A DNA stretch of 63,363 nucleotides, filler included, from Octopus bimaculoides (Eukaryota): NCBI RefSeq assembly GCF_001194135.2. It is 7 parts of 6 records of this genome, joined end to end, with 100 filler letters (N's around TTAATTAATTAA, not from the genome) between each part and the next. Parts side by side here need not be neighbours in the genome. Positions count along the whole stretch, not along the records: positions 7,601 to 29,046 come from NC_068981.1; 6 more parts are not named here. One strand, given 5' to 3'. How positions within the stretch are numbered: position 1 is the stretch's first letter; each line of letters starts with the position of its first letter. Shown here piece by piece: positions 12,403 to 24,270 of the stretch. Under the pieces are notes generated by a model. The model worked only from the letters and a program-made list of their open reading frames with translations, did no database searches and was not told where the DNA came from. A program made the position numbers and the translations under genes.

Positions 12403-13023
12403 TTACTGCCCTGAGGTTAGTAGCCCGCGCTCTTAACCACTAAGCCATATGCCTGTGGGCAATTATGGAGTGAATTTTAGGGCTTATAAATCTAAAATTG
12501 TCCTATACTTCCTTAATACCGGTTCCCATATGCTATTCATATCTGCACTCGGTCTACTTAGGAGATTGTTGTGTCCTAGCATATGTGCTGCTTCTTTTAG
12601 TTTTCATATTTTCCGGTGGTGTTCTCTGTCTATTATTTTAAACACAACAATCTCCTAAGCAGACCGAGTGCAGATGTGAACAGCATATGGAAACCGGTGG
12701 TAAGGAAGGATAGGAAAAAATTAGATTTATAAGCCCCTAAAATTCACTCCATAATTGCGCACGGGCATATGGCGTAGTTGTTAAGAGCGCGGGCTACTAA
12801 CCCCAAGATTCCGAGTTCGATTCTAGGCCGTGACCTGAATAATTATAATAATATTGAAAAATACCTTTGGAATGCGAACGCAGGTTCGAAATTTCCCCCA
12901 AGACACCTGATGAAGGCTGGCGGGTATATCACCCGAAACATTTTATTAACAAACAAGATGAGGATAAATATCCGTCAAATGTTAATAATGAACATAATTC
13001 CTCATCTCTTAAATATAGAACTG
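12184..13023. mobile_element. 5'-truncated Penelope-like element with inverted terminal-repeat copy
   Basis: 12184-12574 is the reverse complement of 12642-12990, separated by a 67-nt spacer. Minus strand 12640-12484 translates KIIDREHHRKI*KLKEAAHMLGHNNLLSRPSADMNSIWEPVLRKYRTILDL*, which resembles a PLE GIY-YIG C-terminus. Each arm then carries a tRNA-like cassette, (AAT)n and a hammerhead motif. Confidence 0.8.
12230..12275 (-). ncRNA. Minimal type I hammerhead ribozyme motif
   Basis: GACAC-CUGAUGA-A-GGCUG(GAGGGUAUAU)CAGCC-GAAA-C-GUU^GUGUU. Stem I has 5 bp (one G-U), the core is intact with one extra A, stem II has 5 bp, stem III is a loopless palindrome (AACGUU) and the cleavage triplet is GUU. 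Confidence 0.7.
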
Positions 13024-13209
13024 TAAAACAAAGACAGCTCGTACGATATAATAATCTTTTTTACTTGTTGAGTCTGCAGAGAAGAGGACTTCCTATAACT
13101 TTTGCTGGCCATCCGAGACCAATAACCTTGATGCCATTAATGCTCCGTATAAGCTGTTGCAGATCAATATCTGCGGGAGAGACAAAAGCAATTCAGAGAC
13201 GTCAGTGAA

Positions 13210-13576
13210 CTCTGAAACACCAATGTTTTGGCAGGATTGTGTCTCTTCAGTTAGAGACACCACTTCGAATTTTGAATCTAAACAAGAACAATCGTTCTTA
13301 TTTAAAGTATCCAACACTTTTGCGCTACTGATTTGAAATTTAATTAATTTAGGATAATTATGTAAACCTGGACAATATTTTGAAAAATAGTATGGTTTCT
13401 CAGAAAATTTTAAAAAACGTAAGAGTAAAATTTTTAAAGATGATATATATACGTGCGTGTGCTTAGCAGACAAGCATATTCTTGTTTAGAACAATCGTTC
13501 TAATAACCTAATCCGAAGTGATGTCTTTGACTGAAGAGGCACAATCATGCCGAAACATGCAATTGCTTGTCATAAA
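13210..13576. mobile_element. Second inverted pair of PLE-like ends with hammerhead-like motifs
   Basis: CGAAGTG-TGTCT---ACTGAAGAG-CACAATC-TGCC-AAACA occurs on minus (about 13210-13265) and plus (13513-13560). The plus copy reads CUGAAGA-GGCA(CAAUCA)UGCC-GAAA, with near-palindromic stem III ACAUGCAAUUGCUUGU and a GUC site. Confidence 0.55.
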
Positions 13577-15475
13577 ATATATTATAATGCAGTGTAGTTT
13601 CACTTAAAATTGTTCTCTTAACTGGGGTCTGATGCAATAGTAGACTTGCTGAAGTGAAAAAAAATAAAAACAAAAAACGTATATATGTTATCAGTTCATT
13701 CTACAAAGATATTACGGCAATATCTACCCCCAACAAAAAATCTATTAAGTTGAACTTACCCTCGTCATCATCATCGTCGTCACCATGAAGCCAATTGAGC
13801 CGTAAAAAAAGACAGTAATGTACTCGAGTTTAATAATAAATGATTTATATTTGAAACCAACCAAAAAGTCTCTGCTACTAGAAATAATTGCAAAACCTCT
13901 CTCAAAATTACAATGTTAGAAAGAAAAAAAAAGGAAAAAAAAAAGAAAAATATTTACTGAAGGGGCACTGTTTGGCATTATCCCTAAAAGTAAAACAGCA
14001 TAGTTGTGATTAGAATGCGTTCTTGATCAAGATTAACCAGACACAAAACAGCAACAATAATAATAATAATAATAACGAATAACGATAACTACGACGACGA
14101 CAACAACTGCAGCGTTGGCGTAGACAAAAACAACAACAAATTACAGTATTTAGCCACGGCCTTCTACACTCCTTTGCTTATTCCAACAAGCGGGTAAGTA
14201 CCTCTGCCGGTGAACCGTTATATAGAAAAAAAAAATGCCTGTAAAGCAGACATAATAACTGCTACAGCAACAGTATGTTCTGAATTGAAAACCAGCCAAC
14301 TTCGACTTCGACTTTCATCCCTCTGGAGACTCTAAAAGAAACTATGTTAGTTGTTATTGTTAGTGTTATTTAGCCGCAGGTCAACGCTAATCGATCGAGT
14401 AGACGTACGATCAAAAGCGTTTTTAGCGTTTCTTGACTCTGTTACTCTTTTCGGTCGTTGGACTGCGAACACGCTGGAGCATCGCCTTGTTGGGCTAGTC
14501 AAAGGAATCGACTCCAGCACTTATTTTAAGTCAGGTATTTATTCTGTTAGTCTCTTTTGCCAAACCCCTAAATTATAGAGACGTAAACTAACCAAAAACG
14601 GGTTGTCAAGCTGTGGAAAGACAAATAAACACACGCACATAAACATTCATAGATGCACATACACATATACGTGTGTGTATATATGCGTGTGTGTGTGTGT
14701 GCGTGCGCGCGTGCATACTAAGGGCTTCTGCACAGTTTCCGCCTATCAAACAAGACATTCTTCGGCCGGCGCTACTGCAACGGACACTTCCCCAAGGTGC
14801 CACGCTTTGAGACTGAACTTGTAACCTCGTGGTTGCGAAGCGAATTTCTTAATACTGTCATGCCTTCGCCTATGACCATATTTTTAACATCCAGGCATGA
14901 TGTATCGAGCACCACTTAATCCAAAGTGCCCATACTGTATTTTTTTTTTTTTTTTTTTTTTTTTTAGTTTGTTGGATTCCATTTGAAGTAGATTTAGCGA
15001 CTATTTCTTACAGGTCGGGCGACAACTTAGAGATTCATTCGTTGACTGATAATAAAAGATATGCTGGTACTTTACTGGAGACAGTTTTAATTGACTCTAC
15101 TGCTCCTCTGTGCACATGTTAGTTTGTGCAAAAGATAGGCAGATATATTTATCAGCATCTTCATAAATGTAATCATTACAATCATCATCATCATCATCAT
15201 TAGCAGCAGCAGCAACAGCAGAGGCGGCGGCAATAGAAGTCACAGCTATAGCAGTGTTAATGGTATGACATCTATGCGCTAGTGAAGTTATTAATCAATT
15301 ATTGATATCTATGTACAAATGCTATAAAAAAATTTATAAACCAAGAAGATGGAATGAACAGACTTTAATTGTAAAACACAACAATCGTTTCTGTACAGTG
15401 TTAGCAGTTGTTAATCACGTGGTTGGGAAGCAAACTACTTACCACGCTGCGCCTGTACATAGACACACAGACATA

Positions 15476-15536
<61 letters not shown>

Positions 15537-16218
15537 CTTTATTTGTGAATTAAGTCTACCATTGGTTTCATGTTAAAAAGAGTAGGAAAATATCCAAGTA
15601 ACTTAACAATTTTTATTTATTCACCNNNNNNNNNNNNNNNNNNNNNNNNNNNNNNNNNNNNNNNNNNNNNNNNNNNNNNNNNNNNNNNNNNNNNNNNNNN
15701 NNNNNNNNNNNNNNNNNNNNNNNNNNNNNNNNNNNNNNNNNNNNNNNNNNNNNNNNNNNNNNNNNNNNNNNNNNNNNNNNNNNNNNNNNNNNNNNNNNNN
15801 NNNNNNNNNNNNNNNNNNNNNNNNNNNNNNNNNNNNNNNNNNNNNNNNNNNNNNNNNNNNNNNNNNNNNNNNNNNNNNNNNNNNNNNNNNNNNNNNNNNN
15901 NNNNNNNNNNNNNNNNNNNNNNNNNNNNNNNNNNNNNNNNNNNNNNNNNNNNNNNNNNNNNNNNNNNNNNNNNNNNNNNNNNNNNNNNNNNNNNNNNNNN
16001 NNNNNNNNNNNNNNNNNNNNNNNNNNNNNNNNNNNNNNNNNNNNNNNNNNNNNNNNNNNNNNNNNNNNNNNNNNNNNNNNNNNNNNNNNNNNNNNNNNNN
16101 NNNNNNNNNNNNNNNNNNNNNNNNNNNNNNNNNNNNNNNNNNNNNNNNNNNNNNNNNNNNNNNNNNNNNNNNNNNNNNNNNNNNNNNNNNNNTGTTGCAA
16201 CATAAAACGTGATGTTTA

Positions 16219-16620
16219 TTAAAACTCCGTATGCTCTCCGTGGAGCTCAATGCACTTTGCTAATCTTTCAGGGACTGAGCGATATACTTTGGCGCACAGC
16301 TCCAACGGCACTTGAGCAACGGCAGCTCGAATTTGTTCCTTAAGTTCAGAAATGTTGCGGGGCTTTGTTGAGTAGACTTTCTCTTTGAGAACGCCCCACA
16401 GGAAAAAGTCGGGTGGGGTCAAATCCGGCGAACGAGACGGCCATTCAAGCAGTCCTCCCCTGCCAATCCATCGACAGGGCAGGTTGGCGTCCAGCCAGTC
16501 TCACACAAGCGTAGCATAATGGGCCGGTGCCCCGTCCTGCTGAAAGTACAGACCCTCTGCTGCATCCTGCTGTTGTAATAACGGCAAAATCAGCTTCTGT
16601 AGCATAGCCTGATAACTTTG
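16219..16620 (-). mobile_element. Tc1/mariner transposase C-terminal fragment, DD41D (rosa-like), inactive
   Basis: Translation YFQQDGAPAHYATLV*DWLDANLPCRWIGRGGLLEWPSRSPDLTPPDFFLWGVLKEKVY...RLAKCIELHGEHTEF*. I count 41 residues between the QQD aspartate and the PPD aspartate. One in-frame TGA at 16501-16503. The N-terminus is absent. Confidence 0.9.
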
Positions 16621-17174
16621 TGCTCTTTTGTTAATCGGGTGGACATAATCGATATAACACTCGCGAATGACGAATGACCACTACGATACGATAGTTAGAG
16701 TCAACATGAGGATATTATCAAGCCACTCGATATCTCATGCAGATTCAAACGATCGTTAGTAATAAGGCTTAAATAAAGGAATTTAAAATTGTACTTTTGC
16801 ATCATACATTTAGTAAAATTGAAAGAAGTCTACAGCGAATCCATCAAATTCAATAAAAATAAAATAATACATACACACAGACACATACACACAGACACAT
16901 ACACACAGACACATACACACATACACGCATGCGCACGCACACACACACACGCACACACATATAAATATATGTATCTGCATATACATGAATTTGTTGCTCC
17001 AGGTATATTCATACATACATGCATACATATATATATATATATATACACACACATATATATATATACATACATACATACATACATACATACACACATTACA
17101 TACCTACTGACATATATACATATATATATATATATATACGCATATATACATACATGCATATATATACATATACA

Positions 17175-17220
<46 letters not shown>

Positions 17221-17599
17221 ACATTTGCGTGTTTCACTTTGCAGCTTCATATTTCTCTCTGAACCCGAATACCACAGCAGGTAAGCCAAGATTGGCACCA
17301 CAATTCTTTACTCAAACTGTTAGTCTACGCGAGTAAATAGATACGAAAGAGAAGGACGGAGTAAGGCAGCCATTCTGACAAACAGACAGGGACAAAGACA
17401 TACAGATAATATGCAAAAGATACAGACAAGAATATAAGCAAATAAATAACTTTATATTTATTTTGGAAACATTGCTGTATATTTTTTTTTATATATTTCA
17501 ATTTTTCGCGCTCTCTCTCTCTCATACTCTTTTCTGTTTATTAGTCCATTCCCCCTCTTTCTCTCTGTCCTCATCTCACTCTCTTCATTGTCTACTTAC

Positions 17600-17679
<80 letters not shown>

Positions 17680-18439
17680 ATCCCTAGGTATTCGCTTGAG
17701 TTGTCTATTACCAAATGCAATTTTTCATTTTAAAAATCAGTCATTTTATGACAATGATATTATTTAAAAAATGTTTTTGTATCGATATCTACTCAAAATC
17801 CATTAATGGCTTTTTTACCCCCCTTTCTACTCTGCTTCCAATTGTAAATATGAATGCTGCCTTCATAGAAATAAAATAGTTGTTAGCCTGAACATGTTCG
17901 AAATATGCTAGAATAAAAAAAAAAAAGAAAATATATGGAGAGAGAGAGACCCGACGCCGTCACTCAGATATCACAGAATGCATGTATGTCTATTGTTGTG
18001 TACAATTGCGTAACGACTGTTGTGAAAAAGCAGAATTTAGGACTTGTGTATCCATAAGAAAAGGGAAACAATGAAATTAGACGTTATACATGTTTGGGTG
18101 AGCGTACTTGCATGCTCGATCTTTTCCAACCTCACCTTCCAAGTCCAACCAACATTAATGGCGCCGTGATTTCTCACAAAGAAATTGATCTTCATTTGAA
18201 AACTTCTCCATGTTCTTCTTCGATTTAAGTGAAAGCCAGAGGAAGTTCATTAATAGAGAAGATTTGATAGACAGAAACACTGATAAGAGAGGAAATAGAT
18301 AACTGAATAGATCGCATAAAATCGAGTTAGGTGCACGAACTGACAGATATGAAGACACTAACAAAAGGAACAGCTAACGAGAGAGAGAGAAAGAGAGCGA
18401 GTGAGAGAGAGTGGGGGGAGAGAAAGAGAAAGAAAGAGA

Positions 18440-18470
<31 letters not shown>

Positions 18471-18934
18471 CTGCTAGAACAGAGGCAACCAAGCGCGTCT
18501 CCAAATGGAATAATATTGACATAGGAGTACCACTACATGCAGTTGTGGTAAAGTTATTTCTTTGTAACAAACAATAAAGATAACAAAAGGCATGGTAGAC
18601 TTGATATAACTGCCAGAGTAGGGTTGAGAAGTACAAGAGAGGTTATCTAGCAGAAGAGAGACGAGCCGACTTGGTAGCTCGACCTACTAGAAATAGCAGC
18701 AAAATCTCCCTCAAATCTACTGTCTTAGCAAAAAAAGAGAGACGGTGCGGAATGTCACATTCGATAATGTAGTCAGAGATATATATTACGACAAGATTGT
18801 CACGGCTGTAATTCCTTTGATCATAGATTTGCCCATCAGGTCTAACCATAACAACTGCAACTACGACCACAACCACTACCATCACCAGCAGAAGCACTGT
18901 TTCCAGTACTACCACCTGTAACAAAGACTCAGTC

Positions 18935-19545
18935 ACTGACACTCAGCTGGATAGTGTCTGTTTGCGCATCGGTGTTTCTTTGAGGCTTGACCTCCGGATC
19001 TGCGAGTCTCACAAATTCCGCTCCGGATTTACTGTGGAGACCTTCGGCTTCTACTCATTGCCATGTCAGTTATTGCAGACTGCCTTCTACGCCTTACTGA
19101 TTTCAATCAAATCACAGATCATGGCTTAGACGCTGCAGGTTTCCCTTCTCGGCTCGATCTTGCGGGGTTCGACCGAAGAAGCAGAAAAAGGTCAGACGAC
19201 AAGACAATTTTCCCGTTCTGCGGTTGTAGGTCCCTCATCTGGGATGCCGCATGCTGCGACCCCTTCTCCAGTGACAATAGGTGGGTTCGGCTGCCAGCCC
19301 AGGCTTCGCTACTCGCCAAGCCGAGAAAGGCAAATTGTCAAAGTATTGGCCACTCTCTGACAGATGTGATGGAACCTGTAGCAGTGGAGACCTCTGACGT
19401 TCTTGGTCCCCGGACTACATCCCTGCTCACTGCAAGTCCAACCTCTGTGAGTCAGAGTGGCCGTTCCAATACGCCTTCTTCGCCATCCACCGGGGAAACG
19501 CTTTTTCCAATTTGTCTGCCAAGACCATTAGGCAGATTGACAAGT
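18935..19545 (+). mobile_element. Decayed CRE-clade-like non-LTR retrotransposon 3' end (RLE domain)
   Basis: LRIGVSLRLDLRICESH, then LDAAGFPSRLDLAGFDRRSRKRSDDKTIFPFCGCRSLIWDAACCDPFS and EPVAVETSDVLGPRT. These match the CRE-type KRPDGxTxxPxxxGRxLxWDxT and PxxxETxGxxG motifs as recalled. Confidence 0.75.
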
Positions 19546-21129
19546 TTTATGTCTGTTAAATATAATGTATGTTAGCTCAACATTCCATCCTTACAAGCAT
19601 ATCTAACTACTGACAGCAACAGTAGAAGCAATAGAAGTTCATTGTTGAAGAACACAATTTCTTGATATTAAATTTACCTCCCTTAAAGCTGTCATTCATG
19701 AATTCTGTAGAATCTTTAAATTACCAACTCTTCTGTTCACCGTCAAAATGGCTCCTGGAAAGTTTTAGGGTTCATTAATGAGTTTAGGATGCCTAAAAGT
19801 GTATGTATGTGCTAAATGAGAGTGCGCGTATATCTTGATATATGCAATCCCTAAATCGAATGACTAATCGATAGACAAAAACTATTTATAGAATGATGAC
19901 GACGATGACGACGACGACGACAATGATGATGATGTCAATGATGATGACGACGACGGCGATGATGATGATGATGATGATGATGATGGCTGCAGTCCAATGA
20001 CTGAAACAAAAAAAAAGAAGAAAGCATAATATACTAATAGTGATGATGATGGATCCTCTGTCGGTATCGACGATGAGCATACGTGACACACCATATGACT
20101 TAAAACATGCAATGTATATCAAATATGTGTGCGATAGTTATAGTAATGAACATACAGTTGAATATCTGAAGTTTTAAAAGAAGACCTAGAAAACAACTAC
20201 ATGTGGTTCCCTCCGGTTATGGCCGTTAATACAAAGGAGATTACCATCCTTTCACAACACGGAGCAGTATACCATAATTAAACATCCACAGCCGTACAAA
20301 GAAAATACTAAGCAATGTTTATTCCGCCGAGGTCGACTTTGCCTTTCATCTTTTTTTAGATCGATAAAATAAGTACCAGTTAAGCACTGGGGTCGATGAA
20401 ATCGACTAGCCCCCTACCCTGAAATTACTGGCTTTGTGCCAAAATTTGAAACGAATATTCTGACTTCATTTCTAGATGATATTTAGATAGAAATTAAGTT
20501 ATACGAGTCATTTGTAAACGTCAAAGACAAAGAAATGCATACACTTTCATGGAGAGAACGAATGCTCACACGGATACAAAATGCCTGTTTGTAGTGGAAT
20601 TTAGATTTTCTCAAACAAAGACAAAATTAGATAAAGGAATCTGCAGAATAAAACAGCACTAATCAATAGCGAGTATTTAATAAGCTTATTGGACAATGAT
20701 TTCTAATTTAGGCACAAAGCCAGCAATTTTGAGAGGAGGGGTTTGTCGATACTCCGATCCCAGTTCTTGCATGATACTTTATTTCAAAGCCCCCTACTCC
20801 ATCGGATAGATGAAAGGCCAAATTTATCTCGGCAAGATTAGAACCAAAGACGTAAAGAGCCAGAAAAATATCGCAAGGCATTTTGTCTGATGCTTTAATG
20901 ATTCTGTCAGCTCGCTATCCTTCAAGTTATAGAACAATGCAAATAGATAGAATGCAATAAGTAGATAAGACATCAGACCTTTTACATTATTTACATACTA
21001 CAAATATAATGATATAATGTATTATATAAATCAAATGCGCATTAACTATAGAATAGATGAACTTATGTAAAAAAAAGAAAAAAACTCATTAAACATTGCT
21101 TAAAATGCGTAACACCAAACCATGAAATA

Positions 21130-21840
21130 ACATGAATGATACCCTACAAAATCAAAATGTAATTTTCTCAGTAACAAACTCAACGTATGTAAACCAGCGA
21201 ATAAACTACCAAAGTCTACTGCGATCTATAAATTTGATCGCAAATGAGAAAGTTGTTATAGTACCCATACAAAAACGACACTCTCCCATCGACTCAGGTT
21301 GCATTTACAATAAGAGGTATTTGTAATGGGCTACACCACAGAGCATAAAAGAAAACAAGATAAGAAAACATTAGTGATCAACATACCTGTGCACTACAGA
21401 ATTACCTAGAAAAATATACGATTAATGATGGATGATAAACTCATAACACAGCAAAATACTAAAATAAGAATGCAGACAATATACATTTGTTACAAAAGAA
21501 AAATGATAATAAATACAAGCAATGAATAGCACCAACTCGTACACCAATCGCAGGCCCTGCCTACTATAAAGAGAAAGTACCACAGACCAACATCAGTTCA
21601 ACCTAAAGATATGAGAGTTTGGAGACATTGGTGATGGATTCAAGAACTCAGTTATTCCAAAGTGCAAAGAACTCATGCCAACGTACAAGAATCCACAGGC
21701 AACATGACCGACAAGAGGAATTACGCAAGATTCCATTAAGTAAGCATCTGGAAATATGCAGCGACGGAAAATTCAAAATTTTTCCCTTTTACAAATGTGC
21801 ACGGGACAATCCGCAATACCGAAAAGTGTTATACTAATGA
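21130..21840 (+). mobile_element. Decayed Penelope-like element, GIY-YIG region
   Basis: RTRIHRQHDRQEELRKIPLSKHLEICSDGKFKIFPFYK resembles the C-terminal half of a PLE GIY-YIG domain. Many stops upstream. Confidence 0.65.
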
Positions 21841-21923
21841 TCTCTAATGCAAAAACATGAAATTGTAAGAGGCGTGATTGAAGTTACACACTATAAACAT
21901 GGACATGTTCCCAAACACGCTCG

Positions 21924-21970
<47 letters not shown>

Positions 21971-22577
21971 CATCAAGGGATTCTCTCTAAAACTGAATGT
22001 TTGAAGGTAAAGCGGAGAATTTGCATTTCTTATTCCAAATGTGACTCATCTCTACAAATGTTCAGATATATATATATGTGTAGCATTGGGATGTTCTAGC
22101 TTTACGTATATATATATNNNNNNNNNNNNNNNNNNNNNNNNNNNNNNNNNNNNNNNNNNNNNNNNNNNNNNNNNNNNNNNNNNNNNNNNNNNNNNNNNNN
22201 NNNNNNNNNNNNNNNNNNNNNNNNNNNNNNNNNNNNNNNNNNNNNNNNNNNNNNNNNNNNNNNNNNNNNNNNNNNNNNNNNNNNNNNNNNNNNNNNNNNN
22301 NNNNNNNNNNNNNNNNNNNNNNNNNNNNNNNNNNNNNNNNNNNNNNNNNNNNNNNNNNNNNNNNNNNNNNNNNNNNNNNNNNNNNNNNNNNNNNNNNNNN
22401 NNNNNNNNNNNNNNNNNNNNNNNNNNNNNNNNNNNNNNNNNNNNNNNTATATATGAGCTTTTAAATAAGTTCTCCACCAATAATGGTGCTTTCATACCGA
22501 TGGGCTTGGTAAAAATTGTTAATTGTTAATTGATTTATTAATTAATAAATTGATAATCCTTTACCCTTTTAATTTGT

Positions 22578-22616
<39 letters not shown>

Positions 22617-23569
22617 GAAACGCGGAGTAGATGGAACAGGGACAACTGACGAAGGGATATACTCTTTATGTTGCATGTCTCGTTTCCCTGTTTGTGTTTT
22701 TTCGTTGTTCGAAAAAAGTTCGTTTTCTGTTTTCGTTTTTATGTTTTCGTTTCTGATTGTATTTAACGTTTTTCTTGATTTATTATCGGCTGGCGGATAT
22801 CAGCATGCATTAGCAAATAATTTGCTTACTGAATATATCAACCGAGAACCAAAATCTCTTCTTAGATTCATTAGTTCGCAGTAATTTCGGATGAAACGCA
22901 ACAAGGTCGAAACACCGGGTGTCCTAAAGTCCCCTACTTTAATGAATCGAGTCTGTTATGACCGCACATTCTTCTGAAAGGAGAAATTATCCTCAATGAC
23001 GATATCCGAGAGCGATTAGCATATTCATGTTCGAATATGCTGGAACGTATAATGAATGAATTTGTGTCGTTCTGATTCTCGTTGATCACCGTGCATAGGG
23101 CGATTTATTTCAATTTTATATTATTATATTATCAGTGGTAGATATAGCTTTGTGTTTACGTACGAGAGTGTGTGTATATATGTATGTGAATGAGAGTAAC
23201 AGTGAGCTAAAATTCATACTACACAATGAGCTTTGTAATATCTAATGAGAGTGTAATATTTATTCGCATATTATTAGTGGCTCAACTGGGCTATCAACGT
23301 CAATGACGGTAGGATGCAGCGCCGGTGGAGAGCAGTGCCGGTGGAGAGCAGTGCCGGAGCAGTGTCAGCTATTAAAAAATTTCAAGAGAAAATCTGGAAA
23401 AAAAAGGAAAACATATATGCAGTTTTAATGATTTTGAGGATTCTTAGGACTTTGGAGCCTCTTTGACTTGTATAAGTGTCTGCATAAGGAGACGGGTAAC
23501 GTAATATGTACGCGGAAGCGTTTGAGTAATGTGTCACGACACTGCCGTTTAATATAAATGTATTTGACA

Positions 23570-23800
23570 GGCGGCGAGCTGGCAGAATCATTAGCACGCC
23601 AGCCGGAATGCTTAGCAGTATTTCGGCTGCCATTACGTTCTGAGTTCAAATTCCGCTGAGGTCGACTTTGCCCTTCATCCTTTCGGGGTCGATTAAATAA
23701 GTACCAGTTAAGCACTGGGATCGATGTAATCGACTTAATCGCTTTGTCTGTCCGTGTTTGTCCCCTCTATGTTTAGCCTCCTGTGGGCAATAAAGAAATA
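23570..23800 (+). mobile_element. tRNA-headed SINE, type 1, tail variant B (Tx1-like tail)
   Basis: Same head and body as 4476-4690, but tail GACTTAATC...TGTCCCCTCTATGTTTAGCCTCCTGTGGGCAATAAAGAAAT. TSD-like AATATAAATGTATTTG (23551-23566) and AATATATATGTATTTG (23801-23816). Confidence 0.9.
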
Positions 23801-23894
23801 AATATATATGTATTTGGGTAGCGGAGAGCAGTGGTAGTTTTGATATTGAGGAACGACGATATTGTTAGTATATTATGCTTTCTTCTTTTTATTT

Positions 23895-24270
23895 GTTTCA
23901 GTCATTGGACTGCGGCCATGCAGAGGCATCGTCTAGAAGGGCTTTGTCGAACCAATCACCGTCAATAATTGTTTTTAAGCCTAACATCTATTCTATTGGT
24001 ATCTTTTGTCGAACCGCTAGATTACGTAAAGAAAACAATGCCGGTTGTTGAGCGGTTGTGGAGGACAAACACCTACACAAATACTTACACACACACACAC
24101 AGGGATACATATATATATGATAGGCTTCTTTCAGTTTCCGTCTACCAAATCCACTCACAAGGCTTTGGTCGACCCGGGGCTATAGTGGAAGATATTTGCC
24201 TAAGGTACTATGCAGTGGATTGAACTCAGAATCATGTGGTTGGGAGGCAAACTTCTTAACCGTACAGCTA
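23895..24270 (-). mobile_element. tRNA-headed SINE, type 2
   Basis: Degenerate reverse-complement copy of the element at 35330-35775, including the TGACTGAAACAA tail. Confidence 0.8.

Noticed and set aside
12761-12838. tRNA gene (and the other A/B-box heads)
   Set aside because: No complete cloverleaf or acceptor stem can be drawn, and all lie in dispersed repeats.
14154-14193. Small exon ending at a GTAAGT donor (also donors at 44298 and 56500)
   Set aside because: The acceptors are weak or purine-rich and there is no phase-consistent partner or homology.
22610-22670. Type II hammerhead (GAAA upstream of CUGACGA)
   Set aside because: Stem I cannot be formed and stem II is imperfect.
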